A DNA stretch of 64,000 nt, taken from the sequence record OM386663.1; one strand, given 5' to 3'. This DNA is from Escherichia phage vB_EcoM_ESCO49. This document shows positions 41,906 through 52,311 of this stretch, in pieces. A program made the translations under genes and the position numbers. Position 1 is the first letter of the stretch; every line of letters begins with the position of its first letter. Under the pieces are notes generated by a model, which saw only the letters and a program-made list of their open reading frames with translations, ran no database searches and was not told the DNA's origin.

Positions 41906-43038
41906 TAAGGAACCTCTAAAAATCCACTATTCAAATCGTCTACAACAGTATTCAATAGGTACGCACCGTTCTGTTGCTCCTGATTAGCATTCTGCTCTTT
42001 ATCAATTTCCATCTTCTTAATCATGTACTTCAAAGGTGGTTCTTTAGGAGCTACAAAATCTCTTTGAATACCAAACATATCATACAGCGGGGCAGCATTA
42101 TAGTAAACCCACTCATGAAGAAGCTTTGTATTTAAGCCAACTACAGCACGTCCTTCGGAGAAGATATAATACGACCATTTCTCTTCACTTTCAACTACTT
42201 CATCTAAGATTACTTTAATCTCTGGAAGAATTTGTTGAAAGGCTTTCTGCCACTCATCGTCTCTTAAAGTTTCTTTTAAAACTTCAATATCAATTTTAGT
42301 GTGAAGGATTTCGTCAAGCATAATTTTCTGGACAGCTTGAGCAATACCCTGAAATTTATCTTGAGCATCAAGTGCAAAGGTACATGCAAAGGATGCCATA
42401 AAAGATATACCTTCCAGTGCAGTCACTGCAAATAGACCTTTCAGAATCACTTTATGGAAGTGTAAAGGGTCTTTGTCCAGAAGTGAGTCACGCACATAAC
42501 TCAGACGATAGTTTATACCTTCATCCAGTAATTCTTCAAGAACACGATTCACAGTTTTTAATCGGTCTTGCACAGCAACATTCTGGTTAATCTCATCTAA
42601 GATTGTTTCAGGGTTTTTAATACATTGTCTTACAATCTCTGAGTAAGTAAGAGCATGTAGGTTTTCAATCTCAGACTGCTTCATAATTGCAGTTGCATAG
42701 ATGTCATCAGAGATAAATGGTGCAAAGGCAAATGCCAAGCTCTTAGCAACTTGAGTGTCTGCTTCCCATTGCCACTTAAGAATCTCAAGCATTACACCTG
42801 ACATAGATGCTGGAACACTCTCAAAATCAAGACGTGATTGTTCAAAAGGGAACTCATCTTCTGACCAGTCTTGTGCTTTTTGTTGTTTATAAAGTTCAAA
42901 GATTTTTGGGTAGTGCTTGTTAAGTGAGTCAAAAGTTTTTCTCTCACCACCTAAAAAGATTGGGTGCTGGTTAATCATAGTGTGATTTCTCCTTTCTTTA
43001 TCATTTCTGAGGCTTGTTTTCTGTCTAAAACTTCCCAA
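41905..43038 (-). CDS. nrdB: ribonucleotide reductase class I beta subunit
   Basis: 377 aa; ferritin-like fold with conserved Glu/His iron ligands and C-terminal Tyr region; downstream of nrdA. Confidence 0.8.
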   Translation of the reverse strand: MGSFRQKTSLRNDKERRNHTMINQHPIFLGGERKTFDSLNKHYPKIFELYKQQKAQDWSEDEFPFEQSRLDFESVPASMSGVMLEILKWQWEADTQVAKSLAFAFAPFISDDIYATAIMKQSEIENLHALTYSEIVRQCIKNPETILDEINQNVAVQDRLKTVNRVLEELLDEGINYRLSYVRDSLLDKDPLHFHKVILKGLFAVTALEGISFMASFACTFALDAQDKFQGIAQAVQKIMLDEILHTKIDIEVLKETLRDDEWQKAFQQILPEIKVILDEVVESEEKWSYYIFSEGRAVVGLNTKLLHEWVYYNAAPLYDMFGIQRDFVAPKEPPLKYMIKKMEIDKEQNANQEQQNGAYLLNTVVDDLNSGFLEVP

Positions 43039-43232
43039 TTTTCTTTGTTGAACATCTCATAAGGTCTTGCGTAGACTTTACCATCTGCTGTAGAGATGTA
43101 AGAGATACCAGCAACCCATGAGTCATCCTTTTGTTTTATCATCATATCTGTGCTACTCACATAGTACATCGTTTTCCGAGGCTTGTGAAGCAAGTATATA
43201 GGCCGCTCATGTTTTTCTATTAAATCTTTCAT
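42975..43232 (-). CDS. small hypothetical protein between nrdA and nrdB (uncertain)
   Basis: Track ORF 42975..43316 trimmed to an internal ATG; overlaps the nrdB start, so it may be spurious. Confidence 0.25.
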   Translation of the reverse strand: MKDLIEKHERPIYLLHKPRKTMYYVSSTDMMIKQKDDSWVAGISYISTADGKVYARPYEMFNKENWEVLDRKQASEMIKKGEITL

Positions 43233-43287
43233 GGTCTTTCCAAAGTTATTTTTAGAGGGTCTTTTACGACCCTCATAGTTGTTAAAA

Positions 43288-45522
43288 CTAAACACCACAA
43301 CCCTCGCAATAAGCATCTTGCAGTGCAGATTTACCTACACCAATGCGACTGTTAAGGTAGTACATGGTTTTCATACCTACCGAGTTGGCATAAATCATGT
43401 ACTTCAAAGCTTGAGCCAATGATACCTTCTTAGACTTTGCATAGTCAACATAGAAATCTGAAGAGATAGCTTGACCAGTGAACTTTTGAACAATTGCATA
43501 ACAATCAATCAGGTCAAAGGTGTCAATATCCCAAGCAATTTCATAAACATACTTCAACTCTTCATAATCTGGAACAATAAACAGCACGTTACCAGTTGCA
43601 GACTTTTTAGTTAAAATAAAGTCACGAATTGGGTACAAGCCATTTGTCGTATTAGTTGCTAGTGAAGAACTCTCATTAGGCATGTAAGCTTCTAATACAG
43701 AGTTTCGGATTCCACCATTTTCTTTGATACGTTGTGCTAAGTCATCCCAATCATATCGTAGTTTTGCATCATGCTTTTCATCAATCTTCTTGTTAGCTGT
43801 TTTTGGAGGAACCCAGCCTTCAGGATACTTAGTGAACTTCATGTACTCTGGAACACCACGCTCTCTAGCAAGTCTCAGAGAGGCTTCATGCAGATAGTAA
43901 GAGTGCATCTCTGCAAGTTCATGAAGCTTCGTCTTACCTGCTCGTGAAGAGTAGTTCACGTAGTTCTTCGCAAGGTAATGAGCCACATTTGTAAGGCCAA
44001 TCCCAACAGAACGACGCTTCTGTACATGGTTACGCATCGACGGATACGGATAATCCATAAGGTCAATAACGGAATCAACCATTGCAAGAGCATAATAAGC
44101 AACGTCAGCGTATTCATCTTCTGAAATTCTCCCTGCAACCAAACTAGCTAGGAAGCAAAGAGCCACCTCACCATCCTCTTTCACAGCATCGTCTCTGTAA
44201 AGGTCTGTCTCTTTCTCAAAACCATACACTGGCAACACAATTTCCATACAAAGATTTGACATCTTCAATGGCTCTTTAAATGGTGTATGTGTGTTCGCAT
44301 TGTTAGTGAAGAATGGATACACACGACCTGTAGCATAACGCTGTTGGATAAACAGCTTAGCAATTTCACGAGCCTTTACCCGTCTGTGCTTAACTCCTGA
44401 ATGTACTGCGTGACCAACTGCCATAGCAAACTCATCAGCAGATGCTGTGTAGAACATGTCATAGAGTTTTGGTGCATCTTTGTAAGAGAATAGCAACCAA
44501 TCTGTATCATACTGAACACACTGCCAGAAATAATCGTTTGTGCCGAAGGAGTAGTCCATCTCATTAATACGCTTAGAAGGAACCGTTGTAGGGTGCTTCA
44601 AACGCAGTAAATCTTCAATCTGCGGGTCTAGAGCAGTGTAGAAGTTATTAGCTGAACCACCACGGCTCTTCTGTTTGTTTGCCTCTACAGATGAACGTAC
44701 AAGCTTGTAATAAGGTAGTTTACCCATGTGCTCAATCGTATTTTGACGGATACCATCACCAATAGTGCGAGTCTCCATCAGCATACCGATACCAGCTTGC
44801 TTCGTAGTCATATCATAAGCAACCTTTGCAGCAATACCAAGTGATTCAGCAGTGTCATTCGCCTTAATCAAACAGCATGACGCATAACCTGATTTAGTTG
44901 CTCTTAAACCATTTAAATAAGGCGTAGGAGCGTTAATCTTCAGGTCAGATAGGTAAGTGTACAGCTTGATAACATCTTGTAACCTACGGTGCTTTGGTTG
45001 CTTCTCAAAGGCTTTCATAGCCATACCCATAAACATAAACTGTGGTGACTCAAAAAGTCTTCCAGTTTTAATATCACGGATACCATACTTGTCTCTGAAC
45101 TGTTTCAAGACTGCATAACCGTAAGAGATATCTTTTGAGTGTACGATGTAACCTTGCAGGTATTCAAGCTCTTCCTGTGAATAATCCATCTTCTCCCAAA
45201 GTCCTGCTCTCTCCATATTTTTAACGAAGGTAATCAGCGTAGGAACCTTAGTAAAGCCTCCAAAGGCTTCTTTGTAGATAATACCCAAAAGTAGCCGTCC
45301 AGCCATATCTGAGTATTCTTGAGTTTGTTTATCAACACAAACATCAATCATGGCTTGGTGCATCTCTTTTGTAGTGCAACCTTCATAGATACGTTTCATA
45401 GCTTCCATAGTGACTTCTGACCAGATAATTCCACGTTTATCTGCCCATGATGCCCACTTATTCAGTCTTTCTGGGTCAAAGCTTACTACTGTACCGTTTG
45501 ATTTTTTAATTGTCTTAATCAT
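43288..45522 (-). CDS. nrdA: ribonucleotide reductase class I alpha subunit
   Basis: 744 aa; ATP-cone-like N-terminus, active-site region NLCMEI, C-terminal CEGC redox pair. Confidence 0.85.
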   Translation of the reverse strand: MIKTIKKSNGTVVSFDPERLNKWASWADKRGIIWSEVTMEAMKRIYEGCTTKEMHQAMIDVCVDKQTQEYSDMAGRLLLGIIYKEAFGGFTKVPTLITFVKNMERAGLWEKMDYSQEELEYLQGYIVHSKDISYGYAVLKQFRDKYGIRDIKTGRLFESPQFMFMGMAMKAFEKQPKHRRLQDVIKLYTYLSDLKINAPTPYLNGLRATKSGYASCCLIKANDTAESLGIAAKVAYDMTTKQAGIGMLMETRTIGDGIRQNTIEHMGKLPYYKLVRSSVEANKQKSRGGSANNFYTALDPQIEDLLRLKHPTTVPSKRINEMDYSFGTNDYFWQCVQYDTDWLLFSYKDAPKLYDMFYTASADEFAMAVGHAVHSGVKHRRVKAREIAKLFIQQRYATGRVYPFFTNNANTHTPFKEPLKMSNLCMEIVLPVYGFEKETDLYRDDAVKEDGEVALCFLASLVAGRISEDEYADVAYYALAMVDSVIDLMDYPYPSMRNHVQKRRSVGIGLTNVAHYLAKNYVNYSSRAGKTKLHELAEMHSYYLHEASLRLARERGVPEYMKFTKYPEGWVPPKTANKKIDEKHDAKLRYDWDDLAQRIKENGGIRNSVLEAYMPNESSSLATNTTNGLYPIRDFILTKKSATGNVLFIVPDYEELKYVYEIAWDIDTFDLIDCYAIVQKFTGQAISSDFYVDYAKSKKVSLAQALKYMIYANSVGMKTMYYLNSRIGVGKSALQDAYCEGCGV

Positions 45523-45540
45523 TTTCGAATCCTACAGATG

Positions 45541-45566
45541 AAAAGAGCCTCCGAAGAGGCTCCCTA
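45541..45566 (-). terminator. rho-independent terminator
   Basis: Hairpin GAGCCTC-CGAA-GAGGCTC; U-run on the minus strand. Confidence 0.45.
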
Positions 45567-45568
45567 GT

Positions 45569-45907
45569 TTAAATCTTGAAAATTTGCTCATTCTGCCACA
45601 TATCGTAAAACTTATCACTTACTTTTGTGACTGAAGAGGTGTGCATACAATTCAGGGAGAACCATGATGATGTATTATCATCCCTAAGTGTTTCAAGTTT
45701 TTGTGTAGCGTTCACATCCATGTCTGCAACAACGTAATTACCTCGCATCTTGCAAACAATTCTTCCAAACAAGATTGCACTTCTGCCTCTTCGGTCATCA
45801 CAGTACATAACTGTGTCTCCGTGCTTGATGTCTTGTCCGATACTGTCAACACCTAACTTAGCACCTGAGATGATGTCATCATAAGATAGCTTTTTTGTTT
45901 TAGACAC
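45569..45907 (-). CDS. hypothetical protein
   Basis: 112-aa ORF. Confidence 0.45.
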   Translation of the reverse strand: MSKTKKLSYDDIISGAKLGVDSIGQDIKHGDTVMYCDDRRGRSAILFGRIVCKMRGNYVVADMDVNATQKLETLRDDNTSSWFSLNCMHTSSVTKVSDKFYDMWQNEQIFKI

Positions 45908-46232
45908 GGTATTTCTCCAAGTTTCTTTTCAGATACAGCCAACCATAGTCAGTCCTTTCTACACCCATAAAGAGCGGAGCCATCACAACTTTACCAAAAG
46001 TATTCCTGTGTTGGCAGATTTCAAAAGAATACTCTTTTTCAATGTCAATCCCGTATTTGTACAGGACTGCTTTTAAAACTTGTTCATTATCCAGAAGTGT
46101 ATCTGGAGTCTCACCATACTTTTCAAGTAACGGGTCATTCATAAACACCGTCATAGAAATATTGTAGTTTGAGAAGTGGCTCTTCTGAGCCACACCCTCT
46201 TTATTAATGTTCTGTGAATCCATTATAACCAA
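45900..46232 (-). CDS. hypothetical protein
   Basis: 110-aa ORF. Confidence 0.45.
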   Translation of the reverse strand: MVIMDSQNINKEGVAQKSHFSNYNISMTVFMNDPLLEKYGETPDTLLDNEQVLKAVLYKYGIDIEKEYSFEICQHRNTFGKVVMAPLFMGVERTDYGWLYLKRNLEKYRV

Positions 46233-46959
46233 CCCCTTTTAACCAGCACTTCAGGTTATTAGCATCATAATTCAGTTTCGGGTATGAGGTTACATGGAAC
46301 TGCTCACCATCATAGTAGACAATATCTGCAATCCATAGTCCATTCTCTTTACAGAAATCTTTATCTGCTTTAGAGGTAATTGGATTAACTTCTACAAAAC
46401 CATCTACACCCAAATCCTTTAAGCTACCTACAAGACCTTTGCAGATAACGCATGTCTCAGATACTACCACAAAAAGTTCTTGGCTTTCAAGTTCTACAAT
46501 GTATTCACCAAGCTGTACTTTAGGGAGATTCGATTGCTTCATAATCTTCCCATCTGCTGCACGAACAATCGCATACCACTCTTTACTATCAACTACTGAC
46601 ATTCTGATAGTACACTCTTGACCAGTACGCTTTTCAATGTCTGCAAGACGTTTTAAAGCTTCTTCATAGTCATCTGTGTACTTCAGGTCGTTATTATGGC
46701 AAACAGCTTCCATAGCACCATTATGGTCATGTTGTGACAGGTAAATCAAACCGTCAAGAACATATTGCAAATCTGCCTGAGCATCCAGTGTCTCAATGGG
46801 GTCTTTCTCTTCAATTGCTTTTACAAGCTCTTTTGCTTCTTCAAGCATACACAGAGATTGAGATTTTAAAGATTCCCAATACTCATCACTATAAGGTTGC
46901 TTTTGAGTGTTCCCACAACGAAGGTTCCAGTTTTTTACTGATTCTCTTGAGTTAAACAT
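46204..46959 (-). CDS. hypothetical two-domain protein (N-terminal MazG-like region possible; C-terminal CxxC region)
   Basis: 251 aa; N-terminal helical EEAKELVKAIEE...DAQADLQYVLDGLIYL; C-terminal SETCVICKG. Weak call. Confidence 0.3.
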   Translation of the reverse strand: MFNSRESVKNWNLRCGNTQKQPYSDEYWESLKSQSLCMLEEAKELVKAIEEKDPIETLDAQADLQYVLDGLIYLSQHDHNGAMEAVCHNNDLKYTDDYEEALKRLADIEKRTGQECTIRMSVVDSKEWYAIVRAADGKIMKQSNLPKVQLGEYIVELESQELFVVVSETCVICKGLVGSLKDLGVDGFVEVNPITSKADKDFCKENGLWIADIVYYDGEQFHVTSYPKLNYDANNLKCWLKGVGYNGFTEH

Positions 46960-47198
46960 TCGGACTCCTTAAAATATTTGTTAACCTTTAGCTCTCGTGT
47001 TTCAATATATTCTAGATGCTCACGTAGCTCTTGACGTTTAAGCATTAGGTGCTGTATTTGAGATTCAACAGCTTCAACTTCTTTAATTATTGACTCTCTA
47101 GCATTTGCAAGGATGCGCTCAAGTTCTTCAATCTTGCTGTCAACTTTTGCTACATGACTCACAGCTTTGCTTTTGTTAAACATTTTATTCTCTCTCAA
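46935..47198 (-). CDS. small coiled-coil protein
   Basis: 87 aa, heptad-like pattern. Confidence 0.4.
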   Translation of the reverse strand: MRENKMFNKSKAVSHVAKVDSKIEELERILANARESIIKEVEAVESQIQHLMLKRQELREHLEYIETRELKVNKYFKESECLTQENQ

Positions 47199-47204
47199 TA
47201 GTTA

Positions 47205-47702
47205 TCAAGCACAATTTGCTTTCATTACCTTGTGGATTCTTTTTTCAGCATCTTCATAAGTTTCTTTAGTAATAAACTTAATTGCTGCAATATTGGCATT
47301 GTAGAAGAGTCTGAGCTTCGAGTCAATCCTTTTTGTCATTACATCGAATTTATGTTGAAGGTTTGCTTCACCATAGACTAGGCCACCTTTTGTGTAGTAG
47401 GTCTGAATAATGTAAAAGTCAAAAAATTCTTTCCCAAAGCTCTCAATATCTTTTTTAATATACTCAGAAGAGGTTTCGTAAGTCATCCAATCGCTTTCCT
47501 TAGTGACTATCTTCTTCCGAGTCTTACCAGCAACTTTTCTTTTGGTCACGCTATTAAACTGTTTCCTTCCTATATAATATTGTCCAGTCTTCTTACAGTG
47601 TACTAAATAGACAAAGCCAAAATGTTTAGTGGGGTCAACTTCCCCACATAAAGATACCCAATGACCATAGGTGGGGCAATTGCCAAATCCTTTAATCTTC
47701 AT
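47205..47702 (-). CDS. GIY-YIG domain nuclease
   Basis: 165 aa; GFVYLVHCKKTGQYYIGRK matches the GIY-(x10)-YIG core. Confidence 0.55.
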   Translation of the reverse strand: MKIKGFGNCPTYGHWVSLCGEVDPTKHFGFVYLVHCKKTGQYYIGRKQFNSVTKRKVAGKTRKKIVTKESDWMTYETSSEYIKKDIESFGKEFFDFYIIQTYYTKGGLVYGEANLQHKFDVMTKRIDSKLRLFYNANIAAIKFITKETYEDAEKRIHKVMKANCA

Positions 47703-48732
47703 TCATACACGGCTCCCAATTATATTTCTTGAAAGAGAAATCGTCTTTCTTATTTCTTTCCTGATAAGCTAAGAAAAAGTGTTGCTGCATTAACTCTAAG
47801 GGTGTTCTGGTAATTGTTTGACCATCCCACGAGACATAAGTGTACGACTCTTTCTTAGCATAAAGCTCATAAATTGCATCAAGACACTCTTTGTAAGTGG
47901 TTTTACCTTCAAGGGCTTTCATTACAGTAGCCTTACCAACGCCCTTTAAACCAAAATAATTATCCGCGTTATCACCAGCCACAGCTTGATAACAAAGGAA
48001 TTTGAAACCTACACCAACTGTCTTCTTAGCTTTTGGTGTTGATTTTATTGGGCAATCCCAAATTTCACCAACGTTGTTATCAGCAATGAAAATCAAAGGT
48101 GACTTTTCATAGGTCATATCAATGCAGTAAGTCCCTTCAGCTTGGCGAAGGTCTTTATCAATACTCATTAAGGCAGCCTTTTTACCCATCTTTTCAGCTT
48201 TAGCAATAACGATAGAGTCAGCTTCAAATCCATCAAGAATTAGTTTGAACTCTGGTCTTGACAGAAGATATTCACGACAAGCAACTAAGTGTGTTGGTGT
48301 GACAGCATCTTTGCGGTTACCTTGATATTGGTGCTCAAGACCTTTAATGTCTTTATGCTTATGCACACCTTTCTCTGTTAAATAGCCTACCCAAGTTCTC
48401 TCTTTACCAACAACCTTAAGCCATTCCTGAAGCACCTGTTGAGTAGCCATGATAGCTTCTTTTTCACTCTTAGCTTCTTTCCAAGTCTGTCTTTCCCATT
48501 CATCTTCATCAAATGTCAGGCCAAGCTCTTCCACAAGGATTCTCTGGTCTGCTAACCATCTTGCAGCATCTTTCGCATTATCAAATGGCTCAGACTCTTC
48601 TGCTGTGAGTTTATTGACGTATTTATATTTTGCTTTCTCAACTACACAAGCACCTTTATAGGCAATACTGTCAGAGTCAATAAAGACGTGTGTAACTGAA
48701 TCGGGAAGTTTTGTTAATGTGTACTTCTCCAT
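47692..48732 (-). CDS. 5'-3' exonuclease / flap endonuclease (FEN family, RNase H-like)
   Basis: 346 aa; acidic N-terminal active-site cluster VFIDSDSIAYKG and H3TH-type motif AGDNADNYFGLKGVGKATVMKAL. Confidence 0.6.
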   Translation of the reverse strand: MEKYTLTKLPDSVTHVFIDSDSIAYKGACVVEKAKYKYVNKLTAEESEPFDNAKDAARWLADQRILVEELGLTFDEDEWERQTWKEAKSEKEAIMATQQVLQEWLKVVGKERTWVGYLTEKGVHKHKDIKGLEHQYQGNRKDAVTPTHLVACREYLLSRPEFKLILDGFEADSIVIAKAEKMGKKAALMSIDKDLRQAEGTYCIDMTYEKSPLIFIADNNVGEIWDCPIKSTPKAKKTVGVGFKFLCYQAVAGDNADNYFGLKGVGKATVMKALEGKTTYKECLDAIYELYAKKESYTYVSWDGQTITRTPLELMQQHFFLAYQERNKKDDFSFKKYNWEPCMNED

Positions 48733-48794
48733 TATGGCTCTCCATATGAAAAAGCCCCATACTGAGTACAGGGCTTTAAAGTAACTTTTAGAGA

Positions 48795-49649
48795 TTAGTC
48801 TTCTGTATCGAAGTCTTCATCTTCTTCGTCATCTGGGTCTGGCAAATCTTCTTCATCATCATCAGAATCATTCGAAGGTTTGTGGTCTGTTGCGTCTTCT
48901 TCAGTGATTTCACCGTTATCTTCAACACCATCAAGACCAAGCATAGCCAGTTCATCTTCATCCAGTTCAGGTTCACCATTAGCACCGTTACCACCAGCGT
49001 AAGGTACAAGAGTATCAATGATAAACTGTTCCTGAATAGGTTTTGTCAGAACATTGTTCTCAAAAGTGTAGAAGTGAGTAGAAAGAATCACACTACCAAA
49101 AGAACCGTTACCAACTGCAATATCTGGATGAATTACATCATAGTTCTTGTCATCTTCATGTTTATCAGATGCTTGAGCTTTGATTTTCTTCATCGGCTGT
49201 TTAACAGCTACACGCTTACCATTTACTTCTTCAATCAGCATTACAGGGAATGACTGTTTAGCTGTCCATACAGCACCATCTTTATAAGCTGCTGCACGAC
49301 TTACTTTCAAGATGTGGTAAGTGTCTGCTTCAAAAGGTGGTTTACAACCAAACTTCTCTTCGAAGTCATCTGCATCAACTGCTTCAGTAGTGACTTTATC
49401 CCAACCTTCTGGGTTCTTCTTAGACTTAGTAAACTCTTTAAATAGTTTGTTACCGTCTTCTGCCAGAATTGATACGCTGTAGTTACAGTCTTTGCCTGGG
49501 AATTTCTTATCAATAGACTTACCTTTCCCCGGACGTGGTGAAGTGTTCAGGTAATAAAACCAGACATCTTTCAGCAGGTAACGCAGAGTTTGACGTTCAG
49601 TACCATTGTACTTCTCTACCGGAGCTTTCATTTTAACAACTTTAGACAT
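48795..49649 (-). CDS. single-stranded DNA-binding protein with acidic C-terminal tail
   Basis: 284 aa; C-terminus DDDEEDLPDPDDEEDEDFDTED; located beside primase-helicase and FEN genes. Confidence 0.5.
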   Translation of the reverse strand: MSKVVKMKAPVEKYNGTERQTLRYLLKDVWFYYLNTSPRPGKGKSIDKKFPGKDCNYSVSILAEDGNKLFKEFTKSKKNPEGWDKVTTEAVDADDFEEKFGCKPPFEADTYHILKVSRAAAYKDGAVWTAKQSFPVMLIEEVNGKRVAVKQPMKKIKAQASDKHEDDKNYDVIHPDIAVGNGSFGSVILSTHFYTFENNVLTKPIQEQFIIDTLVPYAGGNGANGEPELDEDELAMLGLDGVEDNGEITEEDATDHKPSNDSDDDEEDLPDPDDEEDEDFDTED

Positions 49650-49868
49650 TATTTTAAACCTCTATCTCAATTTATGAAGAGTACCAATTCTAATTTGTTG
49701 ACACTCTATTGTCAAATACTAATTACTGGAAGTTGTGCTTATCTTTAGAAGCTGCTTTACGTGCAGTTTTTCCAGTTCTTACACGTTTTTCTTCATAGTA
49801 TTTTGCTGGTTTTCCAGCAGTGGCTTTTAAGGAATCCCCAAAAACTTTTTCAAATGCTTTAGAGTGTT

Positions 49869-50162
49869 TCATGATATTCTCCGATATACTTGATATTCAA
49901 ACACGTTTTCTTTCATTATAAACAGCCAGCTAATGTTATGCTGATGCAGCGCAATGACGACTGTAATCATGTTCTGGTGGAAATCTTCTTTTGCCTCAAC
50001 TTCCCCATCGCATTTCATGAGGAGCATTCTATAGAACCTATCAAGCTTTGTCAAACACTCTTCCTGAAATTTATTTAAACTTTTTTCTTCAAAGAAGGGT
50101 GTGAACCCCTCTCTTTTATAACTATCACTCAGTTTCGAATGGGCAGTCATCTGCATCCTCAC
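49869..50162 (-). CDS. hypothetical protein
   Basis: 97-aa ORF. Confidence 0.4.
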   Translation of the reverse strand: MRMQMTAHSKLSDSYKREGFTPFFEEKSLNKFQEECLTKLDRFYRMLLMKCDGEVEAKEDFHQNMITVVIALHQHNISWLFIMKENVFEYQVYRRIS

Positions 50163-52116
50163 TTAATACAGGTGGAATCGTTGAGCTTTGACGCTGCTCT
50201 TCAGTATAGACTTCACCAGTATCACGGTCAAACACTTCATCCTCATAATGTGGCAGAGAGTCATCGTAATGGTCTTCAGCTTCACCAATACCAAACTGTT
50301 GGCGAATATTCTCTGCTGCACCATCAATGTCAACTCCACAACCAGATGCTTTGATAAGACGCCCTGTATCTGGATTGTACCAAGTATGACCAGCAATACC
50401 AGTTGACTTACCGTGACGACGACACTTAGTTAACTTGATTTTTGTCAAGTTTTTCTTAACAGGGTCTGGGTCAACCTTGTTACGCATTAACAGAATGTTG
50501 TTCATAGAAATCTGGAAATACGCACCAGAGCCTTTAATATCCTCTTCAGAGATATCTCCACCTTCAGAGTTAGCCTTCTGACCACCTGCACTCTTACGAA
50601 CGTGACAGACGTTTACCTGTGCATACTGGTAGCGTTTGCAACGACGCAATAGCTCAGATAAAACTTCCTCTTCATCCGTATCTGAACGTGACAGAGCCAA
50701 CGTAATAGGGTCAAGAATAATAATCTTACAGTCTAAGCTGTTAACAAGATAGTCAACAAACTCCAGCAAGTTATCTTGGTCAATTGCCCCTTGATGGTCT
50801 ACGATGTGGATACGACGACCTTTAGATAGTTCTGCGTGTGCTTCCTTCAATTCATCCCAATCACGTTCGTCATAAGGAATCTCAGAAATCTGCTTACTCA
50901 GGTGGATTGCACAGAGCATCTCCATCAACTCTTCATAGGTATCTTCTACAGGAATTACACCAATGTTGTAATCGGTATCTTTCCAAGCAGTATAAATCAT
51001 TTCACGAGTGTATGCAGATTTACCCACTGAAGATGGTGCTGCCAGAGTTGTAATCTCACCTAAACCATAACCACCATAAGTCAGCCTGTTCAAATCTCCG
51101 AAAGACTCTGGGAAAGGAATCAATGGAATCTGACCACGATTCTTCATTGCCTCAAAACCATCTGCAAAGTTCTTGATACCAGCAGGACAGTAACGAGGTG
51201 CATTGTAGATACGCTGCTTAAACCCTTCCAGAACTGTATCTTTCTCTTTATAGAACTTTGTCCACCACTCGTTAAGGTCTTTTACACCTTCTGGATACTG
51301 GAATAAACGAACCTTCTCAATAGGTAGGATACCAGCAGCCTCTTTAGTGGCTTTAGCACCTGCTTCATCGTTATCAAAGCACAAGTAAATCTCATCAAAT
51401 GATGTGATGTACTGATAGTTATCCTTGATAGACTTGATGTTTGCACCTGATGGAACAGATACGTGACAGTAATTCTTACGACGAGACTTGTCCTTAATCG
51501 CAAGAGAAGTCATATAGATTGCTGTCGCACATTCCATCTCACCTTCCCAGATGAATAGACGGTTACCACCTTCTGGAGCAATCCATGAACCGAACATTGC
51601 CAGTTCACCTTTAATGTCTCCAACACCACCTGAGAAGTCTTTTAGCTTACCGCGTAGGTGCTCTTTTGGATGGTCTTCTGGATAACGATGACGTACACGG
51701 TAACCGACGTGCTCTAGCTTACCATCTTCATTACGTTTGTAAGTTGGATAGAAATGCGCATCAATTTCACCATCACTGTCAATGTCAACCTTGATACCTA
51801 AGCGTTCAAGGACTTTTGCAGGAATCTTCCTGTCTTTCAAGTCCATTGCTTCAAGGTTTTCTTTCACATCGTCTAAATCCATTCCACGGAAAGTACGGTT
51901 TTTATTGTCTGAACCAGTAGAATAAGTGCTCACGATTTGTCCTTTATCAAAATCCCACTCTGGGAAACCTTTGTTACAACTAAAGCAAGTCATCGAATAA
52001 GAATCATCGTCATGATGATAGATTGAACCAGCATCTGATGAACCACAACGTGGACATGCACAATGACCAATAAACTGACCAGCCTCTTTCAATTTACGAC
52101 CTTTAGACATTAGCAC
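50125..52116 (-). CDS. bifunctional DNA primase/helicase (T7 gp4-like)
   Basis: 663 aa; N-terminal Zn-ribbon CPRCGSS...CFSCNKG, TOPRIM-like middle region, C-terminal DnaB-type Walker A AAPSSVGKSAY. Confidence 0.75.
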   Translation of the reverse strand: MLMSKGRKLKEAGQFIGHCACPRCGSSDAGSIYHHDDDSYSMTCFSCNKGFPEWDFDKGQIVSTYSTGSDNKNRTFRGMDLDDVKENLEAMDLKDRKIPAKVLERLGIKVDIDSDGEIDAHFYPTYKRNEDGKLEHVGYRVRHRYPEDHPKEHLRGKLKDFSGGVGDIKGELAMFGSWIAPEGGNRLFIWEGEMECATAIYMTSLAIKDKSRRKNYCHVSVPSGANIKSIKDNYQYITSFDEIYLCFDNDEAGAKATKEAAGILPIEKVRLFQYPEGVKDLNEWWTKFYKEKDTVLEGFKQRIYNAPRYCPAGIKNFADGFEAMKNRGQIPLIPFPESFGDLNRLTYGGYGLGEITTLAAPSSVGKSAYTREMIYTAWKDTDYNIGVIPVEDTYEELMEMLCAIHLSKQISEIPYDERDWDELKEAHAELSKGRRIHIVDHQGAIDQDNLLEFVDYLVNSLDCKIIILDPITLALSRSDTDEEEVLSELLRRCKRYQYAQVNVCHVRKSAGGQKANSEGGDISEEDIKGSGAYFQISMNNILLMRNKVDPDPVKKNLTKIKLTKCRRHGKSTGIAGHTWYNPDTGRLIKASGCGVDIDGAAENIRQQFGIGEAEDHYDDSLPHYEDEVFDRDTGEVYTEEQRQSSTIPPVLSEDADDCPFETE

Positions 52117-52303
52117 CTCTTCGTTGTAGTTCTACCTTCAGTCCATTTTCAATCTTGTTCAGTTCATGAATTTCATCTGCAATCTCTTTCCTTCGTGATT
52201 CAACTCTCTTAAGACGTTCAATCATTACCTCATTGGAAAGAGATGAGAGTTCCACTAAACGGTGGTCAATAACTTTAAAATTGTCTTTTACTCTCATCTT
52301 CAT
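52103..52303 (-). CDS. small hypothetical protein
   Basis: 66-aa helical ORF. Confidence 0.4.
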   Translation of the reverse strand: MKMRVKDNFKVIDHRLVELSSLSNEVMIERLKRVESRRKEIADEIHELNKIENGLKVELQRRGANV

Positions 52304-52311
52304 TCTCTCTT

